NCBI GenBank assembly: GCA_041739995.1
Contig: JBGSMV010000046.1
Coordinates: forward strand, 1 to 64,000
DNA length: 64,000 nt
Reading direction: 5' to 3'
Source: Bdellovibrionota bacterium
GTDB lineage: Bacteria > Bdellovibrionota_C > UBA2361 > JBGSMV01
Numbering within the stretch: the first letter of the stretch is position 1; each line of letters opens with the position of its first letter. The notes below the pieces were generated by a model. That model searched no databases, had not been told where the DNA came from, and saw only the letters and a list, made by a program, of their open reading frames with translations. Below are positions 1 through 8,352 of this stretch, piece after piece. Both the position numbers and the translations under genes were made by a program.

Positions 1-43
1 GCATCACTAGGCACACAATGATAACTAGAATTCGTTGCACCAT
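1..43 (-). CDS. 5' end of third integron cassette ORF, truncated by the window edge; signal-peptide-like start MVQRILVIIVCLVM
   Basis: On the minus strand: GTTATCC core site, then TAGGAG RBS, then ATG at 43 and a hydrophobic N-terminus running off the window. Confidence 0.65.
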   Translation of the reverse strand, partial: MVQRILVIIVCLVM

Positions 44-61
44 GATGATTCTGACTCCTAC

Positions 62-130
62 GGATAACGGCTAGGGCGACCGGCACCAATCGGGCAGCGA
101 TTGGTGTCCGCGTCGGCCCGTGTGTTATCC
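62..130 (-). mobile_element. attC site (69 bp) of the 154-aa cassette
   Basis: Minus strand GGATAAC-ACACG-GGC(C)GAC...GTCGCC-CTAGCC-GTTATCC: R''/L''/L'/R' layout with an extrahelical base and an internal palindrome; the ORF stop TAA lies inside R''. Confidence 0.93.
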
Positions 131-589
131 GGTCTTTTTCGCGCCTATATCAATTTGGGGCATGTCCACCTCACTCTGCGGTGCCTCTCCTTCAACAATC
201 GCGTAACGCGCGGCGCTCAATGACTCGAGCTCGTCAGGAGTCAGCATTTGTATCTGTTCTAGTGAATCGAGTGAGCCATTCGCATATTGCGTAGCACCAT
301 CATCCTGACTTGGGGCTGCCGTCAGGTGACAGTCTGCAAAAGGGTCCGACTCTACTGGGTGGAATGTGTCGCCCATCTCTGGGGAACCAAAACGAGGGAC
401 GCCCGGTGAATCGATGCGTTCATGTATTGCGTGTTCAAGTTTCGCCAGTTCGTCAGATGGAAGGATTGAATCGGGGCGAGTCGATGCGAGTTCCCCGAAC
501 TCATATAAGAATCTGGTACCCTCGGGGTCGAGCTCTTGAGACTCTGGTGGTCGACCCTCAAGGTCTCGTTCGAAATGAAACTCGCCCAT
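125..589 (-). CDS. Integron cassette protein, acidic hypothetical (154 aa)
   Basis: ORF bounded by attC sites, AGGAG RBS, stop within R''; no recognisable family. Confidence 0.8.
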   Translation of the reverse strand: MGEFHFERDLEGRPPESQELDPEGTRFLYEFGELASTRPDSILPSDELAKLEHAIHERIDSPGVPRFGSPEMGDTFHPVESDPFADCHLTAAPSQDDGATQYANGSLDSLEQIQMLTPDELESLSAARYAIVEGEAPQSEVDMPQIDIGAKKTG

Positions 590-644
590 ATAAAACTTCT
601 CCTATGTGTAGTTATGCGCGTGGTTGGGCCCAATGTAGCATGCC

Positions 645-701
645 GGATAACGGCTAGAATCAGCGGCGCGTTTACGTGTCCGCTGGATTAAGGTGTTATA
701 C
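645..701 (-). mobile_element. attC site (57 bp) of the 186-aa cassette
   Basis: Minus strand GTATAAC-ACCTT-AAT(C)CAGCGG...CCGCTGATT-CTAGCC-GTTATCC; same CTAGCC spacer as the other attC. Confidence 0.93.
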
Positions 702-1256
702 TGCCCTCATGGCACTATCGACCACCATGAACTTGGCTATTTCGCTAGTCTCAAATGGTAGGTTATGGCCGCGAATCGGTTTGCCAACTTCCAATGCCAT
801 CGTAATAGTTTGATCCGACGGGAGAACATACTTTGTTCCGGTCCTAAGGTTGGTTACTGTTGATTCCGGTCCAATCATGGGGTCGCCGCCACGCACTTTA
901 ATATCGTAGATATTACCAGACTTTGTTACGACGAAGATTCTATCGGCGGTGAATTGGGAGCCTCCCTCTAGCCCGATGTGCTGACTGTCAAGAGTGACGG
1001 ATGCCCCGGGCCGAGATACTTCGTAAGCCCAGCGATTGATGCCTGGTTCGGACTTCAGGTTTATAAATAGACTCTTACCGATAGCGTTTAGATCGATTCC
1101 ACACGCTGAGGGTACTAACGACTCTCGAGCGACACCAGTGCTCGAAGCGTTGAAGCTTTGTTCAGCATCGGGCGCAATACCTGAGTTAGGGGAGGCGACC
1201 TGCCCCTTTGCTTGCTGAATCAAACCATTTGAAATTAAGTTACCGAATCCGCTCAT
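696..1256 (-). CDS. First integron cassette protein, hypothetical (186 aa)
   Basis: ORF lies between the attI core and attC; cassette ends are complementary (GTTATACTGCC / GGCAGTATAAC). Confidence 0.8.
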   Translation of the reverse strand: MSGFGNLISNGLIQQAKGQVASPNSGIAPDAEQSFNASSTGVARESLVPSACGIDLNAIGKSLFINLKSEPGINRWAYEVSRPGASVTLDSQHIGLEGGSQFTADRIFVVTKSGNIYDIKVRGGDPMIGPESTVTNLRTGTKYVLPSDQTITMALEVGKPIRGHNLPFETSEIAKFMVVDSAMRAV

Positions 1257-1299
1257 ATGTATAGTTATGGCATTTCACTGCCCTTGGGTTGCATTGGCA

Positions 1300-1344
1300 G
1301 TATAACATATTAGTGTGCCAGATAAGGGCAGCACCCGGTTACTA
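1300..1344 (-). mobile_element. attI-like recombination site, core GTTATAC at 1306-1300
   Basis: G|TTATAC matches the R'' of the first cassette and lies between the array and intI. Confidence 0.7.
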
Positions 1345-1418
1345 TCTTACCCTGCACATTGCGCCTAGCCTAGTCGCTCGAAATCTCCCGCCATTTCAAT
1401 CTCTTGGATAGTCAGATC

Positions 1419-1440
1419 CCGTGGTATTGTAATACCACGG
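1419..1440. promoter_or_regulatory. Perfect palindrome upstream of intI, candidate operator
   Basis: CCGTGGTATT-GT-AATACCACGG; related GGTATT-A-AATACC at 1486-1498. Confidence 0.5.
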
Positions 1441-1541
1441 CGCGCGCCTTCTAGAGGTATTGGAAGTCGGGAGTCCCCCGCAGAGGGTATTAAATACCTT
1501 CAGCAAGGAAACTTTTCTGCTCTTCGGTCGAATACTCACCG

Positions 1542-2681
1542 ATGACTCCCTTGAAGAAAATAAAATTACTGGACCAAGTAAGAGCGCTGCTACGAACACG
1601 GCATTACGCTTACGCGACCGAGCGTCACTACATTGGCTGGATTCGGCGGTTTATTCTCCACTTCAATAAACGCCACCCTTCCGAGCTTGGCACAAAGGCG
1701 ATCGGGGAGTACTTGACGTATCTCGCCGTTGAGCGCCATGTCTCGCCGACTACTCAGAACCAGGCATTGAATGCCTTGGTATTTTTATACCGCGAAGTCC
1801 TCAAAACCCCCGTCGAACACATTCCCGGAATTGAATGGGCTAAGAGACGTGACCGAATTCCTGTTGTATTTTCTCGGGATGAAGTAGCCCAGATTTTATC
1901 CTCCTTGGCACGCTCACAGAGACTCATCGCTTCCCTACTCTACGGTTCAGGCTTACGTCTCGCCGAGGCCCTGCGGCTTCGAGTTAAGGACATAGACTTT
2001 GAGAGGAAACAGATCGCAATTTGGGATTCGAAGAGCCCAAAAGATAGGGTAGTAATGCTGCCCACCGCACTGATTGAGCCGCTCAAAGATCAGATCAGGA
2101 GAGCACGCGAATTTCACGAGAGAGACCGCTTGTCAAATATCTCGGGCGTTGAAATGCCCACCGCACTTAAACGCAAGTATCCTAACGCTTCCGTCTCCTG
2201 GAAATGGTTCTGGATATTTCCATCGGCAAAACTTTCAAGTGACCCACGTTCCGGAATCACAAGAAGGCATCATCTTCACGATTCAATCATGCAAGGCGCA
2301 ATTGCTAAAACACTTCGCACTCTCGGAATCGAAAAGCATGCAACCTGTCATACATTCAGGCATTCATTTGCTACGCACCTCCTCGAAGATGGCGCGGACA
2401 TTCGCACTATTCAAACACTGCTCGGACACAAAGATCTTAAGACCACCATGATTTACACCCACGTGGCGAACCGTGGAGCAACGTCAACGAAGAGCCCGCT
2501 CGAAAATTTATGGGCTAAGAACCCAGTCCTTGAGCAGCTCGGGTCACCGTTTGAGATACAAGCCCCCTTAATGGAGAAAGCCAATGTCGTAGCGAGTCAG
2601 CCCGCTGAGTCTGAGCGGGCACGTCAAGCCTGGTGGTTTCCGCTGAAGCGTTTACTTCGATTTGCATCGATCGTGCGTTAG
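1542..2681 (+). CDS. intI: Integron integrase (tyrosine recombinase)
   Basis: N-terminal LRTRHYAYATE..Y and SPTTQNQALNAL; LLYGSGLR; integron-specific insertion (ALKRKYPNA..W.WFWIFPS..LS.DPRSG..RRHH); HTFRHSFATHLL, LLGH, TTMIYTHV; divergent cassette array. Confidence 0.97.
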   Translation: MTPLKKIKLLDQVRALLRTRHYAYATERHYIGWIRRFILHFNKRHPSELGTKAIGEYLTYLAVERHVSPTTQNQALNALVFLYREVLKTPVEHIPGIEWAKRRDRIPVVFSRDEVAQILSSLARSQRLIASLLYGSGLRLAEALRLRVKDIDFERKQIAIWDSKSPKDRVVMLPTALIEPLKDQIRRAREFHERDRLSNISGVEMPTALKRKYPNASVSWKWFWIFPSAKLSSDPRSGITRRHHLHDSIMQGAIAKTLRTLGIEKHATCHTFRHSFATHLLEDGADIRTIQTLLGHKDLKTTMIYTHVANRGATSTKSPLENLWAKNPVLEQLGSPFEIQAPLMEKANVVASQPAESERARQAWWFPLKRLLRFASIVR

Positions 2682-2724
2682 GGCGTCCTGACTACCGCAG
2701 TTTGCCCACCTTACAGCGACTCAA

Positions 2725-3879
2725 CTAGTCTGCTCCGCTCTCTGACGCTGCGTTAGTAGAAACCCAACGTGCTTTCTCTGCCTTGTAAAAGCTCTCATAG
2801 ACACCGTGCTGAATCGCGCGACGAATAGCGCCCACCAATGACAGGTAGTGCGTTAAATTATGAACACTGAGCAGTTGAGGCCCGAGCATCTCGCCAACCT
2901 TAAACAAGTGATGAATATAGGCGCGAGAGTATGATCGACATGCAATGCACAAACAGCGCTCATCAAGCGAGCTCTGGTCGTTGGCATAACGCGCATTCTT
3001 AATATTAAAGAAGGGCTCTTCCCCACTGACGAAAGCCCGGCCAAAGCGTCCGGCGCGAGTTGGCATCACGCAGTCGAATAGGTCTACTCCTCGATACACC
3101 GCCTCGACAATGTCCTCTGGAGTACCCACTCCCATTAAGTAGCGAATCTTCTTCTCGGGGAGTTGCTGTGGATGATAGCTCAGCACCTCATACATGCGCG
3201 GCTTTGGCTCACCCACGCTCAAACCTCCGATAGCACATCCGTCGAAACCGACCCCATCCACCGACGCACTGGCAAGCGTCTCCGCAGAGCGCGTGCGAAG
3301 TTCCTGAAAGGTTCCGCCTTGGGTAATACAGAATACAGATAACTGATCGGCGTTCTTTCTCGCACCCAGTGATCGCAATGCCCAGCGGTGCGTCATCGAA
3401 AGTGAACGCTCCACATCAGAGAACGAGAGTCCTGGAGCAGGACACTCGTCAAGCACCATAGCGATATCAACGCCCAGCATCTCTTGAATCTGGATCGATT
3501 TCTCAGGTGTAAGAAGCAGTGCCGCGCCATCGAGATGAGAGCGAAAATGCACTCCTTCTTCCTCAATCGTGCGAATGCTCTTCAGACTAAAAACCTGATA
3601 CCCGCCACTGTCACTCAAGATCGGCCCCCGCCATCCACAGAAGCGTTGAATGCCGCCAAGTGACTGAATGAGTTCGGGCCCAGGGCGAAGCCAAAGATGA
3701 TAGGTGTTGACCAAGGTGATTTGGGTTCCCAATTCGTACAGTCGCTCGACGTCGACTCCTTTCACGCTTGCTCTGGTGCCCACTGGCATAAAGTTTGGCG
3801 TGTCAAAAGTTCCATGGCCGGTGGTGAATCGCCCTAGTCGTGCGTTCCCTTCCTTACTGACGACTTCAAAGCGCTCCAC
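2725..3879 (-). CDS. tgt: tRNA-guanine transglycosylase
   Basis: TPNFMPVGT, NTYHLWLRPG, DSGGYQVFSL, GGLSVGE, YLMGVG, DCVMPTR, CxCxxC zinc motif. Confidence 0.97.
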   Translation of the reverse strand: MERFEVVSKEGNARLGRFTTGHGTFDTPNFMPVGTRASVKGVDVERLYELGTQITLVNTYHLWLRPGPELIQSLGGIQRFCGWRGPILSDSGGYQVFSLKSIRTIEEEGVHFRSHLDGAALLLTPEKSIQIQEMLGVDIAMVLDECPAPGLSFSDVERSLSMTHRWALRSLGARKNADQLSVFCITQGGTFQELRTRSAETLASASVDGVGFDGCAIGGLSVGEPKPRMYEVLSYHPQQLPEKKIRYLMGVGTPEDIVEAVYRGVDLFDCVMPTRAGRFGRAFVSGEEPFFNIKNARYANDQSSLDERCLCIACRSYSRAYIHHLFKVGEMLGPQLLSVHNLTHYLSLVGAIRRAIQHGVYESFYKAEKARWVSTNAASESGAD

Positions 3880-3891
3880 CCACTCACTCCT

Positions 3892-5055
3892 TTAAGTAAA
3901 CAAACTTCCGTCGCCGTAGCTAAGAAATCGATAGTCGTGACTTAACGCATGTTCATACACGCTTCTGATTAACTCTCGCCCGAGGAGGGCTTCAACCAAT
4001 AACATATGCGTAGTCCCGGGCTGATGGAAGTTTGTAATCAGCCCATCGAGTCCGCGGAATGTAAATCCCGGAGTGATAAAAATATCCGCCTCAGTTTCTA
4101 GGTCTGTAGGCCCTCCATGCGCCTTCCCTGGCAAACTCTCAGCGATCAACAGGGCACTCTCAAGAGCACGCGCAACAGTGGTACCTACCGCGATCACACG
4201 CTTTCCGCTGGCCTTGGTCTCTCGCACCCGTTCAAGCAAATCGTGAGACACCACCATGCGCTCTGACTCAGGAACTGTCGCGCCCGAATTTTCGACCGAT
4301 CGTATGCTTGCGGCTCCGACATGCAGAGTCAGAAAGGAAACCCCCACCCCTTTGTCTCGAATGCGTGCCACAAGATCAGAGGTAAAGTGCAGACTTGCTG
4401 TCGGCGCGGCAATGGAGCCGTCTTGAGCGGCAAAAATGGTTTGGTAATCAACCTTGTCTTGCTCGTCTGAAAGTCCGTGTCGAATGTATGGTGGAATCGG
4501 CATGAGCCCCTGCCCAAACAGAAGGGAGCGCACTTGTTCCAGGTTCTGAGGACTGTCTGTATTTTCAGCATCGAAAAACTGAATTCGAACGTCGGTGGCA
4601 CTAGTTCGCTCAAGCACTCGAGCTCGCAACCGCTCTGCAAACTGAACTACTCTCCCCGGAAGGAATTTTCGAAGGGGCTTTCCGGTACAGAGCCACACAG
4701 GACCAGCGGCGCTACTGCTAGTGGCGACGCTGTCTGTCTCCTCTTGGAGAAGAAATATCTCAACCTCTGCCCTTTGCTTGGGTTCAGTCTCAGCGTGTTG
4801 GGAGGCGGGACGCCGCTCTTCAACGAAGTGTCCAAGAAAGCGGGCGGGAATGACACGCGTATCATTGAAAATCAGAAGATCTCCAGAATGGAGATATTCA
4901 ACTAAATCGACAAAGGTACTATCCTCAATGTGCCCCGATGATTTGTCGACGACCAGCATTCGAGCAGCATCGGGCGGCTGGACCGGGCGCTGCGCAATCC
5001 TCTCCACAGGAAGGTCATATGAGAATGGAGTATGCGGGGCCCCATTCGCTATCAT
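3892..5055 (-). CDS. queA: S-adenosylmethionine:tRNA ribosyltransferase-isomerase (start uncertain)
   Basis: FSYDLP..RIAQ.P, NDTRVIPAR, PIPPYI, AAPTASLHF, TLHVG, VGTT, TNFHQP, YRFLSYGD; adjacent to tgt. Confidence 0.95.
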   Translation of the reverse strand: MIANGAPHTPFSYDLPVERIAQRPVQPPDAARMLVVDKSSGHIEDSTFVDLVEYLHSGDLLIFNDTRVIPARFLGHFVEERRPASQHAETEPKQRAEVEIFLLQEETDSVATSSSAAGPVWLCTGKPLRKFLPGRVVQFAERLRARVLERTSATDVRIQFFDAENTDSPQNLEQVRSLLFGQGLMPIPPYIRHGLSDEQDKVDYQTIFAAQDGSIAAPTASLHFTSDLVARIRDKGVGVSFLTLHVGAASIRSVENSGATVPESERMVVSHDLLERVRETKASGKRVIAVGTTVARALESALLIAESLPGKAHGGPTDLETEADIFITPGFTFRGLDGLITNFHQPGTTHMLLVEALLGRELIRSVYEHALSHDYRFLSYGDGSLFT

Positions 5056-5138
5056 ATTGAATTGTCCAGGAAACTCACGGGGAACCAGCCTGTCACCACA
5101 AGAACTAGTGCCCAAAAATCCGAAAAGCACGCAGGCCT

Positions 5139-5154
5139 CGGCACGGCAGTTGCA
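5139..5154 (+). promoter_or_regulatory. sigma54 (-24/-12) promoter
   Basis: CGGCACGGCAGTTGCA = GG-N10-GC, close to the TGGCAC-N5-TTGC consensus. Confidence 0.65.
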
Positions 5155-5305
5155 ATAGGAATCTAGTAGAAACCATGTAACCTCATGAGAGAGTGTCGTG
5201 GCTTTAGGTTCTTAAGACGAACAGGGATGAATTTTTGTGGATCTCTCCCTGAGCACTTAAGCCAGCCAGCGCCATTCCTCATCGCTTCGAACATTCCTCG
5301 ACTTT

Positions 5306-5334
5306 GCCCCGAGTGAGTCACCCTCACTCGGGGC
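5306..5334. terminator. Strong hairpin, probable terminator
   Basis: GCCCCGAGTGAG-tcacc-CTCACTCGGGGC, a 12-bp perfect stem just past the SPFH gene stop. Confidence 0.65.
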
Positions 5335-5341
5335 CCCTTTC

Positions 5342-6091
5342 CTACTTCATTAGTTTTGTCTTAATCGCATCGAAAATATCAATCGGTACGGGGAAGATAA
5401 TGGTGGAGTTATGCTCAACCGCAATGCTTCTCAAGGTATCGAGGTACCGTAGCTGAATTGCCGCCGGGTCTTGCGACAATATCTTCGCCGCCTGGGTAAG
5501 CTTGTCTGAGGCCTGAAGCTCTCCTTCAGCCTGAATGATTTTTGCTCGGCGTTCACGCTCTGCCTCAGCCTGTTTCGCCATGGCGCGCTGCATTTCTTGA
5601 GGCAAGTCGATGTGCTTGACCTCGACTCCTGAAACCTTAATACCCCAAGGGTCAGTGCCTTTGTCCAGGTACTCTTGAATGCTGCGGTTCACTTCATCGC
5701 GTTTAGAGAGCAGCTCATCAAGCTCCTTCTCTCCGCATACCGAACGCAAAGTTGTCTGACAGAGCTGATTTGTGGCGAGAAGATAATTCTCAACTTGCAC
5801 AATCGCTTTGTCGGGTTCCACCACACGGAAGTACACAACTGCATTGACCTTGACCGAAACGTTATCTTTGGTGATGACGTCCTGGGAAGGAACGTCCATC
5901 GTCAAAGTACGCATATCGAGGCGGCGCAGCTCTTGGATGAACGGAATGACGAGCACAAGTCCCGGCCCCCGTACCCCAGACAATCGTCCTAGAAAAAAGA
6001 CGACACCACGTTCATACTCTTGAAGAATATAAATAGCCTTCTTCAAGGCAACGAACAGAACAATTAACGGTACAATCCACAATGAGCCCAT
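5342..6091 (-). CDS. SPFH/stomatin (slipin) family protein
   Basis: [50 protein letters not shown]; paired with nfeD. Confidence 0.95.
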   Translation of the reverse strand: MGSLWIVPLIVLFVALKKAIYILQEYERGVVFFLGRLSGVRGPGLVLVIPFIQELRRLDMRTLTMDVPSQDVITKDNVSVKVNAVVYFRVVEPDKAIVQVENYLLATNQLCQTTLRSVCGEKELDELLSKRDEVNRSIQEYLDKGTDPWGIKVSGVEVKHIDLPQEMQRAMAKQAEAERERRAKIIQAEGELQASDKLTQAAKILSQDPAAIQLRYLDTLRSIAVEHNSTIIFPVPIDIFDAIKTKLMK

Positions 6092-6177
6092 ATGAACACT
6101 CTCCTCGCTTCAGTTGAAAAATTAACGAATACTACGTCCTCTTGTTGAGATCTGTGCAGCTCTGCACCACACAATCC

Positions 6178-7641
6178 CTAGCTCCCTTTAGCCTTAACTT
6201 CAAGCGTAAGGCCCGGCCGCATTGCCACTACTTGAATTTCAGCGTCCTTCTCAATCGCTCCGTCGCTCACGAAGGCATTCCATAACTCCCCATTCACAAA
6301 CACTTTCCCAGACGAAGTGATGGTTTCAACTGCCTTTCCGCACAACCCCACTAGCCCGTCACTGCCGGTGACAGAACGCTTTCTCATCACTCGATAGCCG
6401 ACGCTGGCAACCAGTAACATAAATAGCCCCATGAGGGTTGCCATCGGGATGATGAACTCAAGCGCGACAGTTAAGCCCGGAGCCTCGACCACATTCACCA
6501 GATAAACCGCACCGAGCACCATAGCCACCACTCCTAATACGCCAAGAATGAGCGTTCCGGTAAAGAGCTCTGCGCCAATCAATATGGCGCCTACCGCCAA
6601 AAGAATTACTGCCGCTGAATTTATCGGAATAACCTGACTCATTGCGAGCGCAATCAACAGAGAAATCACTCCAATCACGCCCGGAAATATTAAGCCGGGA
6701 TTATAGAGCTCTATCGAGATGCCTGTCGTTGCCGCCAACCACAGCAGGGCGAGCACCGTCGGGTTGGAGAGCACGTTAACCACTAAGTCACGCGCAGAGA
6801 TCTCAAGGTAGATCCTTGGAAGCCCAGAAAGATCGCCTAGCGTTTTCTGTTCGTTGTTCAAAGTTACTACTTTACCCTTAACCTTCCGCAGCAGCTCCTC
6901 AACATCCTGGGCAACAAAATCTATCACGCCCTCTTTCAATGCTTCGGTTTCGGTGAGCGAAGCTGCCTCGGTGACCGCTTTCTCGGCCCATTGAATATTG
7001 CGTCCGCGCTCCTCTGCAATCGAGCGCACCATTGCTGAGGTGATGTTCTCAGCCTTTGCTTTCATGTCTTTGGCAATGTCTTGTCCGTCACCCATGACCG
7101 GCGTTGCCGCGCCGATGGTAGTGCTCGGAGCCATCGCGGCAATGTGCCCTGCAAGTGTAATGAAGACGCCGGCCGATGTGGCGGTCGCTCCGGTAGGGCC
7201 TACATACACAATTACTGGAACGGGGGAGCGAAGAATCGCTTGCACCATTTCTTGAGAGGTCTGCAGCATGCCTCCGGGAGTATCGATTTTTACTACAATG
7301 GCACTCGCCCCCTCACTGACTGCTCGCGCAATGCTGGATTCGAGCAGCGCTTGGGTGCCGGGCAAGATCAACATGTCCATATCGACGATCATGACTGGAC
7401 CGCTGGAGATATCTTGGAGCTGCCCCTTTGAAGCCTTTGAAGATTTCGCCTCTGCCTTAGCGCCTTTTTTGCTGTCCTGAGCGTTACCCGCGCTGGCAAC
7501 TTCCTCCGCTAGAGCAAGCCCTCCGTCTACTCGCAGAGCACACACCGCGAGGCAAAACACGAGCAAACAAACGGTGGCCAAGGACTTCTTCAGCCGTGGC
7601 CAAATCTGTTGAACAACACTCATACTTTTCCTATCACTCAC
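6178..7641 (-). CDS. nfeD: NfeD membrane-bound serine protease (ClpP class)
   Basis: IDTPGG, ATSAGVFI, AAMAP.TTIGAATP, multiple TM helices, C-terminal GKVFVNGELW OB fold. Confidence 0.93.
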   Translation of the reverse strand: MSDRKSMSVVQQIWPRLKKSLATVCLLVFCLAVCALRVDGGLALAEEVASAGNAQDSKKGAKAEAKSSKASKGQLQDISSGPVMIVDMDMLILPGTQALLESSIARAVSEGASAIVVKIDTPGGMLQTSQEMVQAILRSPVPVIVYVGPTGATATSAGVFITLAGHIAAMAPSTTIGAATPVMGDGQDIAKDMKAKAENITSAMVRSIAEERGRNIQWAEKAVTEAASLTETEALKEGVIDFVAQDVEELLRKVKGKVVTLNNEQKTLGDLSGLPRIYLEISARDLVVNVLSNPTVLALLWLAATTGISIELYNPGLIFPGVIGVISLLIALAMSQVIPINSAAVILLAVGAILIGAELFTGTLILGVLGVVAMVLGAVYLVNVVEAPGLTVALEFIIPMATLMGLFMLLVASVGYRVMRKRSVTGSDGLVGLCGKAVETITSSGKVFVNGELWNAFVSDGAIEKDAEIQVVAMRPGLTLEVKAKGS

Positions 7642-7683
7642 TTCTCTCTCCCTGCGGGTGTGATTGATTAACTTTTCGCACCT

Positions 7684-8352
7684 CTAACGAAGTGCTTCAG
7701 AAACTCGTTTGAGGTCCTGCCAAAATTCTCGCTTTGGACCTTCCAGCGGTGCTGCAGCTCCACCAATGGGGAACAAGTCTAACAAGGAAACCGTCTTGAT
7801 CACCAAGGGAACCGAACTACGGTTCTTGAGAAGAAACTGAATGACGTCTTCGGCAATCGGCTGAGACGATACGGCAGCTCCCTTTTTCAATTCTCCGAGC
7901 ACCCGTCCTCCCAAAAGAAGAATCGAGCCAAGCTGTAGACCTTGAATCTGGGCCAAGATGGCTGTCGCCACACCACCAAGATCTGGCCCGCGCAGCGCTT
8001 CAACAGAATCAGCACGCACCACTAGCACGTCTTCGACTTTCTTCTTCAAGCCTTTCTCAATCGCGGCCCGAAGCAACTTACCATGCATACTGGAGAACAC
8101 ACCGCCGCCTTCGTGTTCTGGCCACGCGCCGACGAAAGCGACTCCGGATTTGCCCGTGCCTTGGAATGATACTCGTCCTGCATTTTCATTCTTAACAGCA
8201 CTCTCGCTCTTGCGGTGCAGCAACTCACCGGCTTCCCTCATCACTCGAAGCGGGACGCCTCCTGGGTAAACGGGCGCCACCGCGTCAAGCAGCGCAAACA
8301 GTGCCTTTCGTTGCGGGGTAAGTAGCTCTGCCTTAGAGTCTTGCGGCCGCAT
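7684..8352 (-). CDS. Degenerate uracil-DNA-glycosylase family 4-like protein
   Basis: Follows coaBC; G.G...VAFVG, GKLL..AIEKGL, ILLLG, KREFWQDLK resemble the UDG-4 scaffold, but catalytic and Fe-S residues are absent. Confidence 0.55.
   Translation of the reverse strand: MRPQDSKAELLTPQRKALFALLDAVAPVYPGGVPLRVMREAGELLHRKSESAVKNENAGRVSFQGTGKSGVAFVGAWPEHEGGGVFSSMHGKLLRAAIEKGLKKKVEDVLVVRADSVEALRGPDLGGVATAILAQIQGLQLGSILLLGGRVLGELKKGAAVSSQPIAEDVIQFLLKNRSSVPLVIKTVSLLDLFPIGGAAAPLEGPKREFWQDLKRVSEALR

Noticed and set aside
310..657. Overlapping ORFs 310-657(+) and 352-633(-), and the many short antisense ORFs in the track
   Set aside because: These are shadows of better-supported genes; they lack RBSs and motifs, and some cross attC sites.
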